NCBI GenBank assembly: GCA_951406725.2
Contig: OX597817.1
Coordinates: 97,030,001-97,094,000 of the forward strand
DNA: 64,000 nt
From: Octopus vulgaris
Lineage: Eukaryota
Reading direction: 5' to 3'
Shown here: piece by piece, positions 36,514-49,479 of the stretch
Layout: each line of letters begins with the position of its first letter
Position numbering within the stretch: the stretch's first letter is position 1
Notes under the pieces: generated by a model
Databases searched by the model: none
What the model was told of the DNA's origin: nothing
Seen by the model: only the letters and a program-made list of their open reading frames with translations
Translations under genes and position numbers: made by a program

Positions 36514-39500
36514 TGTAGGGCATTGCCTGTGAACTCATAAGAGATGAACTGTAGATGAGACCTCTACTGCAGACTAGTTATCAAACTAGTTGGCAGAAAA
36601 GGGACTTCTGGTAAGGTGACAAATGAGACCCGGACTTGAATGGTGGATTGTATTCCTCTAACATTGTAGATGATTAACACAGAATAAACAACACTTCAAC
36701 ACATTCTCATTTGTGGTTATTTTTACATATAGCTTAACTAAAACTATAAGTGGTGACCCCAAAATAGAAGAAGACACATGAACATGTAATCATAGCAAGT
36801 GAGAATGCTGTAGCACTTAAGCTCACACAATTCAGGCCAAAGTGAACCAAAATATGTTTTGCACATGCTGAGGCACAGTTCAACATCACCTTGGACTTGA
36901 TAAAATGTTCTTGTATAACAGCTGCCCTGAAAGAGGATACAGCAACAAGGGTGCTATACATTCTAATCAGACCACCAATTACTCACAAATATGAGACTAT
37001 GAAAAATAGACTCATAGAAACATTCCAGTTTACTGATTGAGAATTGAATATGGGTGGGTTAAGTGATTCTAAGACTTCCTAATAGAAAGGATGCTGTCAT
37101 TAGTGCCCCTGGTGAGACTCCTTGTTTTTTACTTAGGGAAATACTCCTCTGTAAATTGCCACCCCAGGTCCAATCCCTTATAACTCAGACTGAGATCAAG
37201 GACCTGTGAGAGTTAGTGAGAGCAGTTGGCAAACATTTTTTTGTCTAGTGGGGTTACAATCAACACCATAAGGTTGGCCCTGAGACATGGTGAGGTTACA
37301 TAGACAATTTATGGTTTTATCACACGAAGTCTGGAACAAGAGCTACCAAGTGTAAACAACCACGCAGCTTCAAGAGCTCTTTGTCATTGAACCCAGGAAA
37401 CTCCAGGGCTGGCCACTATTAAAACACTCTGGTGGTCAACTGTTCCTGTATGTCCACTATCGGATCTCTATACAAAGATTCCTCATTGACACAGGAGTAG
37501 AAGTCAGTATTATCCCAGCATCTACAAAGGACCTCCATTATGGAGAGCAAAGCAAACCTTTAGCAGCCACCAATGGTTCCACAATCAAAGTGTATAGATG
37601 CTGCTTTTCCTCCTTTCACATCAGCTCACAAATATATACATAGGCATTCACTGTCACTGATGTCCATCACTCTGTTATCGGAGCAGACTTTCATTAGGTC
37701 CACTCACTGCTGATCGATCTTCAGGGGAGATGTCTCATCAGCAGCAACACCTATGCCTCTGCTTGTCCGGCAACTTATGCATATGCTGCCCCTCACATAG
37801 CAGCCATCTTTCAGACGAAGAACAATTTCTTGCCCCATCACCTTGTGAACTGCCCAAATCTCACTACTCTGAAATTCTCCAAACCTACAACTCACCATGG
37901 AGTAAAACACTAGATCCCAACTATCAGCCCTCCAGTACACAGCTACACACATCGTCTATCACCATACAAACTTGCTATTGTGAGGGCCAAGTTCAACAAC
38001 ATGGAAGCTTTGGGCATTGTTCATTGATCAAGCAGTACTTGGTTGTCACCTCTACATGTGGCACCAAAACTCAGTGGAAGTTGGTGACCTTGTGGAGATT
38101 ATCACCATCTCAAAACAAACACTACACCCAACCACTACCCCATTCCACTTATACAAGACTTCTCAGCCTAGTTAGCCAGGTAGTCAGTTTTCTTGAAAAT
38201 CAACCTTATCCAAATTCCTGTACTACCAAATACCTGTATGAGATGGTGATGTTCCTAAACTGAATTTCTACATAGACTCTTAGGCCTAAAAAATATAGCC
38301 CAATCCTTTCAATGATTGATGGATACTGTGTGTATTGATCTAGACTTTGTTTTCACATACCTAGAAGACATCCTTATTACAAGCCAAAATGCAGAGTTAC
38401 TCAGGTGACCCTTTTTAAGAGATTGCAACAATATGGTTTGGTAGTCAACCCTGCCAAGTGCGTCTTTTGTAAGGAAATCAACTTTCTTGGACCTCAAGTC
38501 ATAGGTGCTGGCACTACACCCCTACCAGAAAAATTGAAAGCTATCTTATCATTTCCACACCTCACCACAAGCAAGGCTCTGTAACAATTTGTGTGTATGG
38601 TAAACTTTTATCATCATTTCATCCCTTCTATGGTAAGATTGATGAGACCTCTGTACATTGCATTATCAAGAGAAAGTTTTAAAAAATAGGTGAAATGTCC
38701 ACCACTTTCACTATGTTCTGGAAGGTGTTCACGGACCACTAACCGCTAACCGCTAACCTTTGCTATGAGCAAGCTATCAGAGCCATGATAGCTTGCTCAT
38801 AGTGCACCAGCAGTGACAGTTATCAGCCATTTCTGAGTACACTATAAGCATTCAGCACTTACTTGGAAAAAGCAACTTAGTCACTGATGCACTCTCTAGA
38901 GCACCTACATACTCTGATGCCTAAAAGGCTATGGCTACAGCTCCACAAAGAGATGATGACATCAGAGCCTACTGCACCACCATCACTTCCTTCCTGGCAG
39001 GTTATTCACTTTGGCTCCAACAGAACAACCCTACTTTCTACCAGGAAGCCACAATCAATTGTCCCTGGTGCTAAAAAGTTTATGATGTTATTCACAGATT
39101 TTCCCACCTGGATACCTGAGCCACACAGCACTTGATGTCATGCAAATTCATCTGGCACAAGATGACCAAGCAAACTGGGGAGTGGGTCAAAACCTGTATC
39201 ACCTGCCAACAAGCCAAAATCCTTCATCACACCTAAGCACCTCTTGGTAGCTATGAACCCCCACAGGCCTGTTTCAGTCATGTCAACATTGACCTCATTG
39301 GCCCCTGACCACCTTCACTTGGTTTCTCATACCTACTAACAATAGTGGACCACTTCACACATTGGCCTAAGACCTCTCTGAAGCATGGAAACACCGGAAA
39401 TCACCTGCATCTTCATCACAAATGGGTTGCTCATTTCAGTGCCTTAGATAGCATCTCATCTGACTGCAAACTTCGGTTCACTTTAGAGTTGTGGAATGAT

Positions 39501-40338
39501 GTGTGAAACACACAACAGTCTGCCACTCCAGTGTAGAGAGATTTCACTGCTGCTTGAGAGAATCCCTCACAACCAGAGTTAACTAGCTCAATTGCATCAA
39601 CCAACTTTCATGGGTAATGCTGGGAATTTGCACTGCCCCAGAGGAAGACCTCAACACTTCTTCCACAGAAATATGTATGGTGTCTGTATTGTGCTGGGGA
39701 ATTCATTCCAAACACAAAATCAGATCCAAATATCAAAGGTATCTTTAGCAACTGAGAGGCAACATGAACCAGTAATGCCCTATTCCCATGTCAACACATG
39801 ATACATGTAGGTCCTCTGTACCATATGACCTCAACAAAGTGAAGTTTGTTTTTATTCATCATATTGAATGATGAAAACCCCTTCAACCACCCTATGATGG
39901 ACCATACAATGGAATTCATCCAATGGGATTTATTCCTGATTGGCAGACAATAGGACCCAGTTGCCATCAACAGACTGAAACCAGCCCATCTCAACATTCA
40001 CAGCTCCATTCAAGTAGCTCAACCACCAAACAAAGGCCATCCTAGCCAGGTCACACTGACCCCTGACCACGAACAGTCATCAAAGAGCCAAGTAAGTATA
40101 CACATGGGTAAGGTGGTAAAAACAACTTACCAGTTCCAATGACAACCAACAGTTCTGATGGGGAGCTATGTAGAGCATTGCCTGTGAACTTGTAAGACAT
40201 GAACTGTAGATGAAGACCTTTACTGAAGACTAGTTATCACACCCTCTCTCCCATTATAGATGATTAACATAGAATAAACAACATTTCAACACTTTTTCAT
40301 TTGTGGTTATCTTCATGTGTAGCTTAACAAAAGCTATG
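36514..40338 (+). mobile_element. Complete-structure but decayed Ty3/gypsy element; LTRs 36514-36748 and 40169-40338
   Basis: Paired LTRs starting TGTAG. PBS TGGTGACCCC (36751) is complementary to the tRNA-Trp 3' end, and a PPT lies at about 40157. Motifs FLIDTG, SPLHVAPK, PCGDY, YLEDIL and HVNIDLIGP. Probable TSD CTAC/CTAT. Confidence 0.9.
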
Positions 40339-40365
40339 CTATGTTAATTAGCTTTTTTACATTAA

Positions 40366-40585
40366 CCCTTTTGTTACTGTATTTATTTTGAGATGATCTG
40401 TGTTTCTTTCAATTACTTTAAATATAACAAAGAATTTAGTAAAATAACTTAGTTATCATTCAGCTAATGTTAGGAACGTAAATTGTGACTATGGTTTGGT
40501 GGAACATTTTAATTCAAAACTTATGAAAACAAGACATTTGTACTCAGAGCCAGAGCTGGTTTCAGCCAGGTTGGTAACTAAAGGG
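40366..40585. mobile_element. piggyBac-type MITE
   Basis: TTAA on both sides; TIRs CCCTTTTGTTAC and GTAACTAAAGGG. Confidence 0.85.
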
Positions 40586-41626
40586 TTAAGTAGGTTTTCT
40601 CTTTCATCAGGTAAGTTTTCTCTTACATTCAATTTCTCTTTCAGTCTTTAAATGCGAAGGAATAAAAAGTAAATGTTAGATGACCCACATATTCTGGTAA
40701 ATTGCAAGAAACTAGGTGCTGAATAACCATTTAAAACTATATCCATGTAGCATCATATTCTTTTAAGACTTATCTTACTGTCTACTCTTGTTTTTATTCA
40801 CAATTACACTGTATAATTTTCAAAAACTAAATGGTTCTTTTTTTTTTTTTAGTGGACTACAACTTTTATACTTTTATACTCTTATTTAAATATATTCACA
40901 ACAAATGTATAAACCAATCTCTTTTTTCATGATATCTATGTATTTTTTTCACAAATTTTAATTATCAGAAATTCAGAGAGATCTGAACAGTAAATATGAC
41001 CTATAACTTATAGGTTCATTTAAGTACCATTGAACATAACCTGTCTTATTTACGTGTCTATATGTAAGACTAGATAGCCTAACTGTAGTTATTCTGCTCC
41101 GCAATGAACCTAATGAGAAGATCTGAAGTCAGCACTACACTTTAACAAACCACTTGAGATGTACAGTATCATTTATAACAAGATTAAATGTCTATATTAA
41201 GAACACAAGGGAACATAATTGAATGCTAATTGTTGATTCTTTAGGTGCTAAACCAAATATTAATACAATAGTTAGTATGATACCTAAATAGAACATTAAC
41301 AACATAATTACTTAATTAGATATTGCTATACATACAATTGAAAAGAATCAGAATTTCATGTGTACGTGTGTGTGTGTGTGTGTATTTGATAACAATCTAT
41401 CTGTGGAGACACAGAAATACTCTTGATTGGTGTCAATGCAAGTAGTAAAACAATCAGGACTGAGGGACCCCAAGTTGTTGTCATAGCATTCTGAAGTTAC
41501 ATGTGATTGCTGGTCATAAGCACTAATCCCAGAGATTCATAGAATGGTATTTTTATAGTAATAAAAATAATCCAGTGATGTACAGACATCTCTTTATGGT
41601 GACCTTACTCATGAAGCATGCAGACC

Positions 41627-41810
41627 TAATCAGTTGGAAATGCACAGTTAGTTACAACTTCCATCTGTCACCTATATTCCAAACCATACAGATCTACAAC
41701 AGGACTGAATAGTCATCTGAGAGGTTATGGACGGAAAGTTACAAATGCTATTGAAAATGAGGAAACACAAGGAGATGGCAATCAATATATATATATATCT
41801 ATATCTATAT

Positions 41811-41841
<31 letters not shown>

Positions 41842-42498
41842 TTATCATTATCATCGTCATTTAACCTATGCTGGCATGGGTTGGGCAACTTGACAGTTGC
41901 TGACCAGGCAGAAAACTGTACCAGATTTCTGTGTCTGTTTTGGAATGGTTTTTTTATGGCTGAGTGCCCTTCCTAACACCAACCCTACAGATACATATTT
42001 TTTTAATTTTATTTATTTTATCTAGTTTCAGCTCACAAGCTGTGGCCATGCTGGGGCACTGCCATATATATATAAATGATTATTTTATTGTTCAGTTATA
42101 ACAAACATAGTTTTACATTACTTTGATGATACTCTATACTTTTGTAGAGTACAAATTTATTATTCTTATAGAAGAATGTTGTTGACAGTGACTTCAAATT
42201 TTCAGCCAGCTAAGCCATGGTCTAATGATAGGTTAGCTGGCCAAGACTTATAATAATACGCAGTTTCCTGCCTTTAAAGATAAAGGCATGAAACTGTGTA
42301 TTAACATCTTGGTTGATAACTGAAGAAGAATTAGAGTCCTTCTCTGTCAGTCCTATGAGTATTTTTTTTTTAGCATTTAATGCATTTTTCATTTATTGAG
42401 TAACTGAATGCCATGCATCCTGACTTTTGTTTACAGTAAGTTTAATTTTATATACATAGATACACACACACACACACACTTACATGTACATATACATA

Positions 42499-42531
<33 letters not shown>

Positions 42532-42840
42532 TTAATGTCCTTCCATGCTGGCATGGGTTGGACAATTTGACAGGAGCTGGCCAAGCACCAGATTTCTGTG
42601 TCTGTTTTGGCATGGTTTTTATGGCTGGATGCCCTTCCTAACACTAACCACCCTACGGAGTGAGCCAAGAGCTTTTTAATCAGTCGGAAATGCACAGTTA
42701 GTTACAACTTCCATTTGTCACGTATACTCCAAACCATACAGATCTACAACAGGACTGAATAGTCATCTGAGAGGTTATGGACGGAAAGTTACAAATGCTA
42801 TTGAAAATGAGGAAACACAAGGAGATGGCAATCAATATAT
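41627..42840. repeat. 164-bp direct duplication (41627-41790, 42677-42840)
   Basis: Four differences between copies; each is followed by (TA)n and an RTE (CAT)n tail. Confidence 0.9.
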
Positions 42841-42849
42841 ATATATATA

Positions 42850-43210
42850 TCATCATCATCATCATCATCGTTTAACGTCCGTTCTCCATGCTAGCATGGG
42901 TTGGACGGATCGACCGGGGATCTGGGAAGCCAGAAGGCTGCACTAGGCTACAGTCTTATCTGGCAATGTTTCTACAGCTGGATGCCCTTCCTAACGCCAA
43001 CCACTCCGTGAGTGTAGTGGGTGCATTTTACGTGCCACCTGCACAGGTGCCAGGCGAGGCTGGCAATGGCCACGGTCGGATTGGTGTATTTTATGTGCCA
43101 CCGGCACGGAAGCCAGTCGAGGCGGCGCTGGCATCGGCCACGAGTCGGATAGTGCTTTTTTACGTACCACCAGACCAGGGATCCTCGCTGGTTCAATTCG
43201 ATTTCGATTT
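42850..43210 (-). mobile_element. RTE 3'UTR fragment
   Basis: Reverse complement of 16740-17200 with three palindromic units. Confidence 0.9.
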
Positions 43211-43713
43211 CGCTTGCCCCATGTCTTCGCAAGCAAAGAGGGTTGGCATGGGTGCCTGTCGTATGGTTGGATTGGTAATAGGTTTCTTGAAGTTAGGGTA
43301 TATTCTTTAAACATAAGAGATTACAATTCTTCAAAAAAGGAGGTTAGGGTTAGAGTTGAGGTTAACTTTTCTACTGAAGCTGGGCCTTTGTGCCTGAAAT
43401 ATAAAGGTTTCCACATTGTCAGAAGCTTTCTGTTTTCTCTCTTTTACCGTCTTATATATATATACACACATATATAGGTATTTCATCTTTCAGATGTTCT
43501 TCCTGGAGGTAAGACAATTTTTTTCAAGTTTGTTTCACACACGCATTTTTGCTAGTACATACGTGGTGAAGCTATACATTAGCGTCGTATTTATTACATT
43601 CGCTATTTCCCAGTAAATATCGGTACTTCGTTGTACCATATATTTACTTCTATGTATAATTTTCCCTCACGGGCTGTTCTTTGCTGGAAAGCAATACTCT
43701 CGTATTGCATTAC

Positions 43714-43780
<67 letters not shown>

Positions 43781-43787
43781 AGGGAAT

Positions 43788-46700
43788 CATCATCATCATC
43801 ATCATCATCGTTTAACGTCCGTTTTCTGTGCTAGCACGGGTTGGACGGTTCGACCGGGGTCTGGGGAGCCAGGGGCTGCTCCAGGCTCCAGTCTGATCTG
43901 GCAATGTTTCTACAGCTGGATGCCCTTCCTAATGCCAACCACTCCGCGAGTGTAGTGGGTGCTTTTTATGTGCCACCTGCACAGGTGCCAGAGGGGTTTG
44001 GCATCGGCCACGATCGGTTGGTGCTTTTTATGTGCCACCGGCACAGAAGCCAGTCGAGGCGGTGCTGGCATTGGCCAAGTTCGGATGGTACTTTTTATGT
44101 GCCACCGGCACAGAAGCCAGTTGAGGCGGTGCTGGCATCGGCCACGTTCGGATGGTGCTTTTTATGTACCACCAGCACAGAAGCCATTCGAGGCAGGGTT
44201 GGCATCAGTCACGTTCGGATGGTGCTTTTTATGTGCCACTGGCACAGAAGCCAGTCGAGGCGGCACTGGCAACGGCCATGTTCGGATGGTGCTTTTTATG
44301 TGTCACCGGCACCACGTTCGGATGGTGCTTTTTATGTGTCACCGGCACAGGTATCACAACTACTGTTTCCATTGATATTTGGTTCGATGTTCATGTACAT
44401 GCACTTGACTCAACAGGTCTCCTAAAGCACAGCGAGATGTTCCGGGATCCAAGGTACTTTGAATGGGCAGGGGGTATGCGGAACTGGTGCCGGAAGCATC
44501 CCGGGTCTTAGTAGTCACGGCACATCTCCAGAGATCTCGGTCCTTCGCCATTGCCTCAGTGAGGCCCAACGCTCTGAGGTCATGCTTGACTACCTCATCC
44601 CATGTCTTCCTGGGTCTACCTCTCCCCCTGATTCCGTCAACTGTTCGGGAGTGGCACTTTTTCACACATCTCTCCTCATCCATCCGCAGTACATGACCAT
44701 ACCATCGCAAGCGTCGCTCTTGCACACTGCATCTGATGCTTCTTATGCCTAGCATTTCTCTCAGGGTGCTTACACTCTGTCGTGCATTCACACTGACATT
44801 ACCCATCCAGCGGATCATGCTAGCTTCATTTCTTTCAAGCCTACGCATGTCCTCTGCAGTCACAGCCCATATTTCACTACCGTGAAGCATGGCAGTTCGC
44901 ACACATGCATCATACAATCTACCTTTCACTCTGAGTGAGAGACCTTTTGTCGCCAGTAGGGGTAGGAGCTTTATAAACTTTGCCCAGGCTATTCGTATTC
45001 TAGTGGTGACACTCTCTGAGCATCCACCCCCACTACTAACTTGGTCACCCAGGTAGCGGAAACTATCAACTACTTCTAGTTTCTCCCCCTGGAGTGTGAT
45101 GGAATCTGTTTTCTGAGTATTTGTGGTGTCTATTGTCCCTGTGCATCTGCCGCACATGAAAGCTATCTTATCAGTTAATTTCCCTTTGATGTTGCTGCAC
45201 CTCTTATGCGTCCATAGCTTACACTGGGTGCATCTTATGGAGTTTCTACCTACACCTTTCCTACAGCTCGAGCAGGGCCACCTGCCCGATGGGGTGTGTG
45301 CTGAGTTCGCCTTTCTGCATACTATAACTTTGGTCTTTGCTACATTTACTCTAAGGCCCTTTAATTCTAACCCTTGTTTCCACACCCGAAATTTCTTTTT
45401 TAGTTCTGGTAGTGATTCTGCTATGAGGGCCAGGTCATCAGCATAGAGGAGCTCCCAGGGGCAACCTGTTTTGAATTCCTCTGTTATTGCCTGGAGGACT
45501 ATGATGAATAAAAGGGGACTGAGGGCTGAGCCCTGGTGTACACCTACTTCTACCCGGAATTCTTCACTATATTCGTTGCCAATCCTAACCTTGCTGACAG
45601 CCTCTCTGTATAGAGCCTGTACAGCCCTTATTAGCCATTCGTCAATCTCCAGTTTCCACATCAACCACCAGATAAGGGATCGAGGAACCATGCTTGTTTC
45701 TTTACGTGAGCTAAGCAGTTGGCATCGTCTTCCCAAAATATCCTTTCATTTTTATGTGCTGATACTTTCTCCATGTTACTTTGTCTGTTCTTCGCCCTCT
45801 ACGATAATTTGCCTGTTCAAGTTTTCACTCTCCCCTGAATCAAACTTCGCCATTCGCGGTGCACCCGCCCTTGCCCACCCCCACCACCAATACCGGATAT
45901 CTCTCTATATTTTTTCCATCTATACCGGATATCCCTTCTCGAACCCCCCTCTTCAATACGCTATGTCACCATGTATTACCCCTCTCATGATATCCTACGT
46001 TCAATTTTGTCTAGAACCTGTCCTCATTTCTCCTAACACCCCTCCCCACTGGTGCTCCCCTATATTACCTGCACCCTCTCCCCATCCCCCCTCACTCTCT
46101 CTTCTCCCTGCTAGAACCCCACCCCCACCCCATCTCTAGAATATCCATGTTTCTGCTACACTGCTTAAACCACGTCGCTCAATGACTATAATGCTTGCTT
46201 AGAATACTACTAACACCTAGAATTTCAGTATTTCTACCACAGAGCTTACATCTACAGCATCAATGACTTTAATGCTTGTGCTTACAATGCTGCTAATACC
46301 TGACCCTGCCTACCGCAGGGGCCAGAACCTTAACATGCCTAAATGCTTGAATGTTGTCAGGTCAGAAGAGAGATCAGACGAAAATGCCTAAAAATCGATC
46401 ACCGCCACCACAACAACCCTCTTCTTTTCAGGCGCCGAATTGCACCCCTCCCCCACATCTCCTTCCCAGTTTTCAGAGTTGGCACTGTCAATGTTGGTAC
46501 ACTGAAAGGTAGGTCTAGTGAGATTGTAGAGATGCTTGAGAGAAGACGGGTTGATGTATGCTGCATACAAGAGGTAAGGTGGAGAGGTGCTTCAGCTAGG
46601 GTCCTCACAGGCAAGGCACATAGGTATAAAGTCTTCATCCTCACCAGACAGCAGGATGCAGGGTTGCTCTTAAATACAAAGACCCTCCCGGATGAAGAGT

Positions 46701-47922
46701 GTATCCCTCAGCATAGGCTAATAATTAGTGACTTTAGGCTTGAGGCCAGAAGGACTCCAAGAAACAGACCAATCCAGAAAAGAAGGATTTGGAAGCTAAA
46801 GAACCCTTCACATGGTCAGAGATTTAGGGACATCCTCATCAAGAAATTTGATGAGAGGGAGGAGGAGCTACAGACGTTGGACATAGAAGGTAGCTGGAAA
46901 TTCCTATGGGACAGCTTGCTGAGTGCCACAGACCAAGTCTGTGGATGGTGCAAAGTTCCTTCCAGACCTAGAGTTACGTGGTGGTGGAATAGTGCAGTAG
47001 ACAAAGCCATTAGTTCAAAGAAACAGGCCTGGAGAGCCTGGAGGGATGGGGGTAGCAGGGAACCATACCAAGTAGCCAAAAGGGAGGCCGGGCGGCAGGT
47101 ATACATAGCCAAAGATATAGCAGAAAAGAAGTTTGCCAATGTCCAGCGACGTGAGGACCAAAGAACTGAGGTATTTCGTATTGCTAGACAGTGTGTGAGA
47201 GAAAATAGTGATGTTACAGGAGAGAAATGTGTCCGCATGGATGATGGGGCACTTGCTTTTAATGTTGGTGAAAAGAAAGAGGCTTGGAGAAGCCATTATG
47301 AAAGACTGCTGAATGTGGAGAATGAATGGGAGGAGGAGAGCCTGCCAAATGTTGACCCAGTAGAGGGACCAGCTACCCAAATAGACATCTCCCTTGTAGT
47401 TAAGGCAATTAAGGATATGAAACCAGGTAAAGCCCCCGGCCCATCAGGTATCACTGCTGAGATGCTTAAAACAGCTGGTTATGTGAGCTATGGCCTAGTC
47501 ACCCGTATTGTTAACCAGGTAGTTCATAATGGAGTCATACCCAATGACTGGCGTAGCAGCACCATAGTCAACTGCTACAAGGGTAAGGGTGATGCTCTAG
47601 ATAGAAATATCTACAGGGGTATTAAACTGTTGGATCAGGTGATGAAGGTCACAGAGAGGGTCATAACCCATCTCATTAGGGAGAGAATTTGCTTAGATGA
47701 GATGTAGTTCGGTTTTGTGCTGAGTAGAAGCACCACTGATGCTATATTCCTGGTCCGACAACTGCAGGAGAAGTACCTAGCTAAAGATAAACCCCTCTAC
47801 ATAGCTTTTGTGGACTTGGAGAAAGCCTTTGACAGGGTTCCCCGAACCCTTATCTGGTGGTCGTTGCGGAAACTGGAGATTGACGAATGGCTAATAAGGG
47901 CTGTACAGGCTCTATACAGAGA
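43788..47922 (-). mobile_element. Single RTE LINE with inverted 5' segment (3' part on minus 43788-45690; 5' part on plus about 45691-47922)
   Basis: The two RT halves are complementary and overlap by about 87 bp. The flanks rejoin into the repeat seen at 17540. Confidence 0.85.
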
Positions 47923-48380
47923 TCCAAACTTACAGAAAAAAATTCAATTTAGCAATTCTAAATCAAATTTCACAAAATATAATATATGTATATAATTTAG
48001 AGAAAAACCTATATTAAGAAATTACAATAGTGAAAGACGTTATTCACACCATTTAGAAATAATTAAATATACTATAAAAACCATTATTCTAAAAATCAAA
48101 AAAGTATATAAACAATAAATAATAAATAGACTACGCACATTTCGTGGCTATATTTTCAAATCAATAATAATAATAATAAAATCAATTTGGTTTAAAATTA
48201 AATTGATCTAAAATTAATTCTATTTAAAAATATAGTCATTCATCAGGTCTAAAGTAATAACAATAATAATAAAAATAATAATAAAATAAATGTACATATC
48301 TTAACTTATAATAATTAACAAATAAATATAGAAAAATATGTGTTTTAACAATAAATAATTAAATAAAATTTAACAATATT
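47923..48380 (-). mobile_element. Penelope-like terminal repeat with hammerhead (48127-48251)
   Basis: Homologous to 17552-17890; intact CUGAUGA/GAAA core. Confidence 0.65.
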
Positions 48381-48381
48381 A

Positions 48382-49420
48382 TTGGATTGACCAGAAAGTT
48401 CGTGCCGATTTATAGTAGCTTACCTTTCGACTTATTTTAGAACATGGTTGAGTCCATAAAATACGATTTGACTACACCTCCATTTAGAGCACAGTTTAAG
48501 CTATCTTTTTGTGGAAGACAGTTTATGTTCCTATAACCTGTGTTAATTCTGTAATCCTTTAAAATGGAAGATAAGAAAGTTCATTTTCGGCAATTGTTGC
48601 TTTTCTTTTTCCATAAAGGGAAAAATGCCTCACAAGCAACCAAAGAAATATGCACAGTTTATGGTGGTGTTTCTTTATCCGAAAGAACTGTATGGAAATG
48701 GTTCACAAGGTTCCAAGCTGGAGATTGTAGCCTTATTGATAAAGAGCGATCAGGCAGACCATTCACTACTGATGATGACCAAATTGAGTCATTAATTGAG
48801 AATAACTCACATTGCAAAACCCGAGAATTGGCAAAATCCGTTGTTCATGAGCACCTGGTAAAGCTTGGGTACACAAATCACTTTGATATTTGGGTACCAC
48901 ATGAGTTGAGTGAGAAGAATCTTTTGGATTGCATTTCCATCTGTGATTCACTTTATAAATAGAATGAAGACGTGCCTTTTCTAAAGCACGTAATGACACG
49001 TAATGAGAAATGGATTATCTACCGAAATGTTCAGAGAAAGTGATCCTGGAGTAAGCAACATGAGCCACCCTTAGCCATTCTTTATCCTCAAAAAGACTTG
49101 CTTTGTGTCTGGTGGGATTGGAAAGGAATTCTGTACTATGAGCTTCTTGCAAGTAACCAGACAATTAATTCTGAGAAATACTGCACACAACTGGACGAGT
49201 TAAAAGCAGCAATTCAAGAGAAACGTCCAGAATTGGCCAGCAGAAAGGGTGTTGTTTTCCAGCATGATAATGCAAGACCGCACGTTTCTTTGGGAACCAG
49301 ACAAAAATTGATACAGCTCAGCTGGGATGTGTTACCCCACCCTCCATATTCACCAGATATCGCTCCTTCGGATTTCCACTTATTCAGGTCTCTGCAGAAT
49401 AGTTTTAATTGTAAAAATTA
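48382..49420 (+). mobile_element. Mariner element, 3' end missing
   Basis: TA-ttggattgaccagaaagttcg left end; motifs WVPHEL, HDNARPH and YSPDIAPSDF. Confidence 0.92.
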
Positions 49421-49479
49421 GTAGAAATATAGAGTTAATGATTTTGCAAAGATGTTTGAGGTGTGGGGGGGGGGATAAA

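Noticed and set aside
43960-44350. CRISPR-like array of palindromic repeats
   Set aside because: The spacers are homologous to each other, the array is part of an RTE 3'UTR in eukaryotic DNA, and there are no cas genes.
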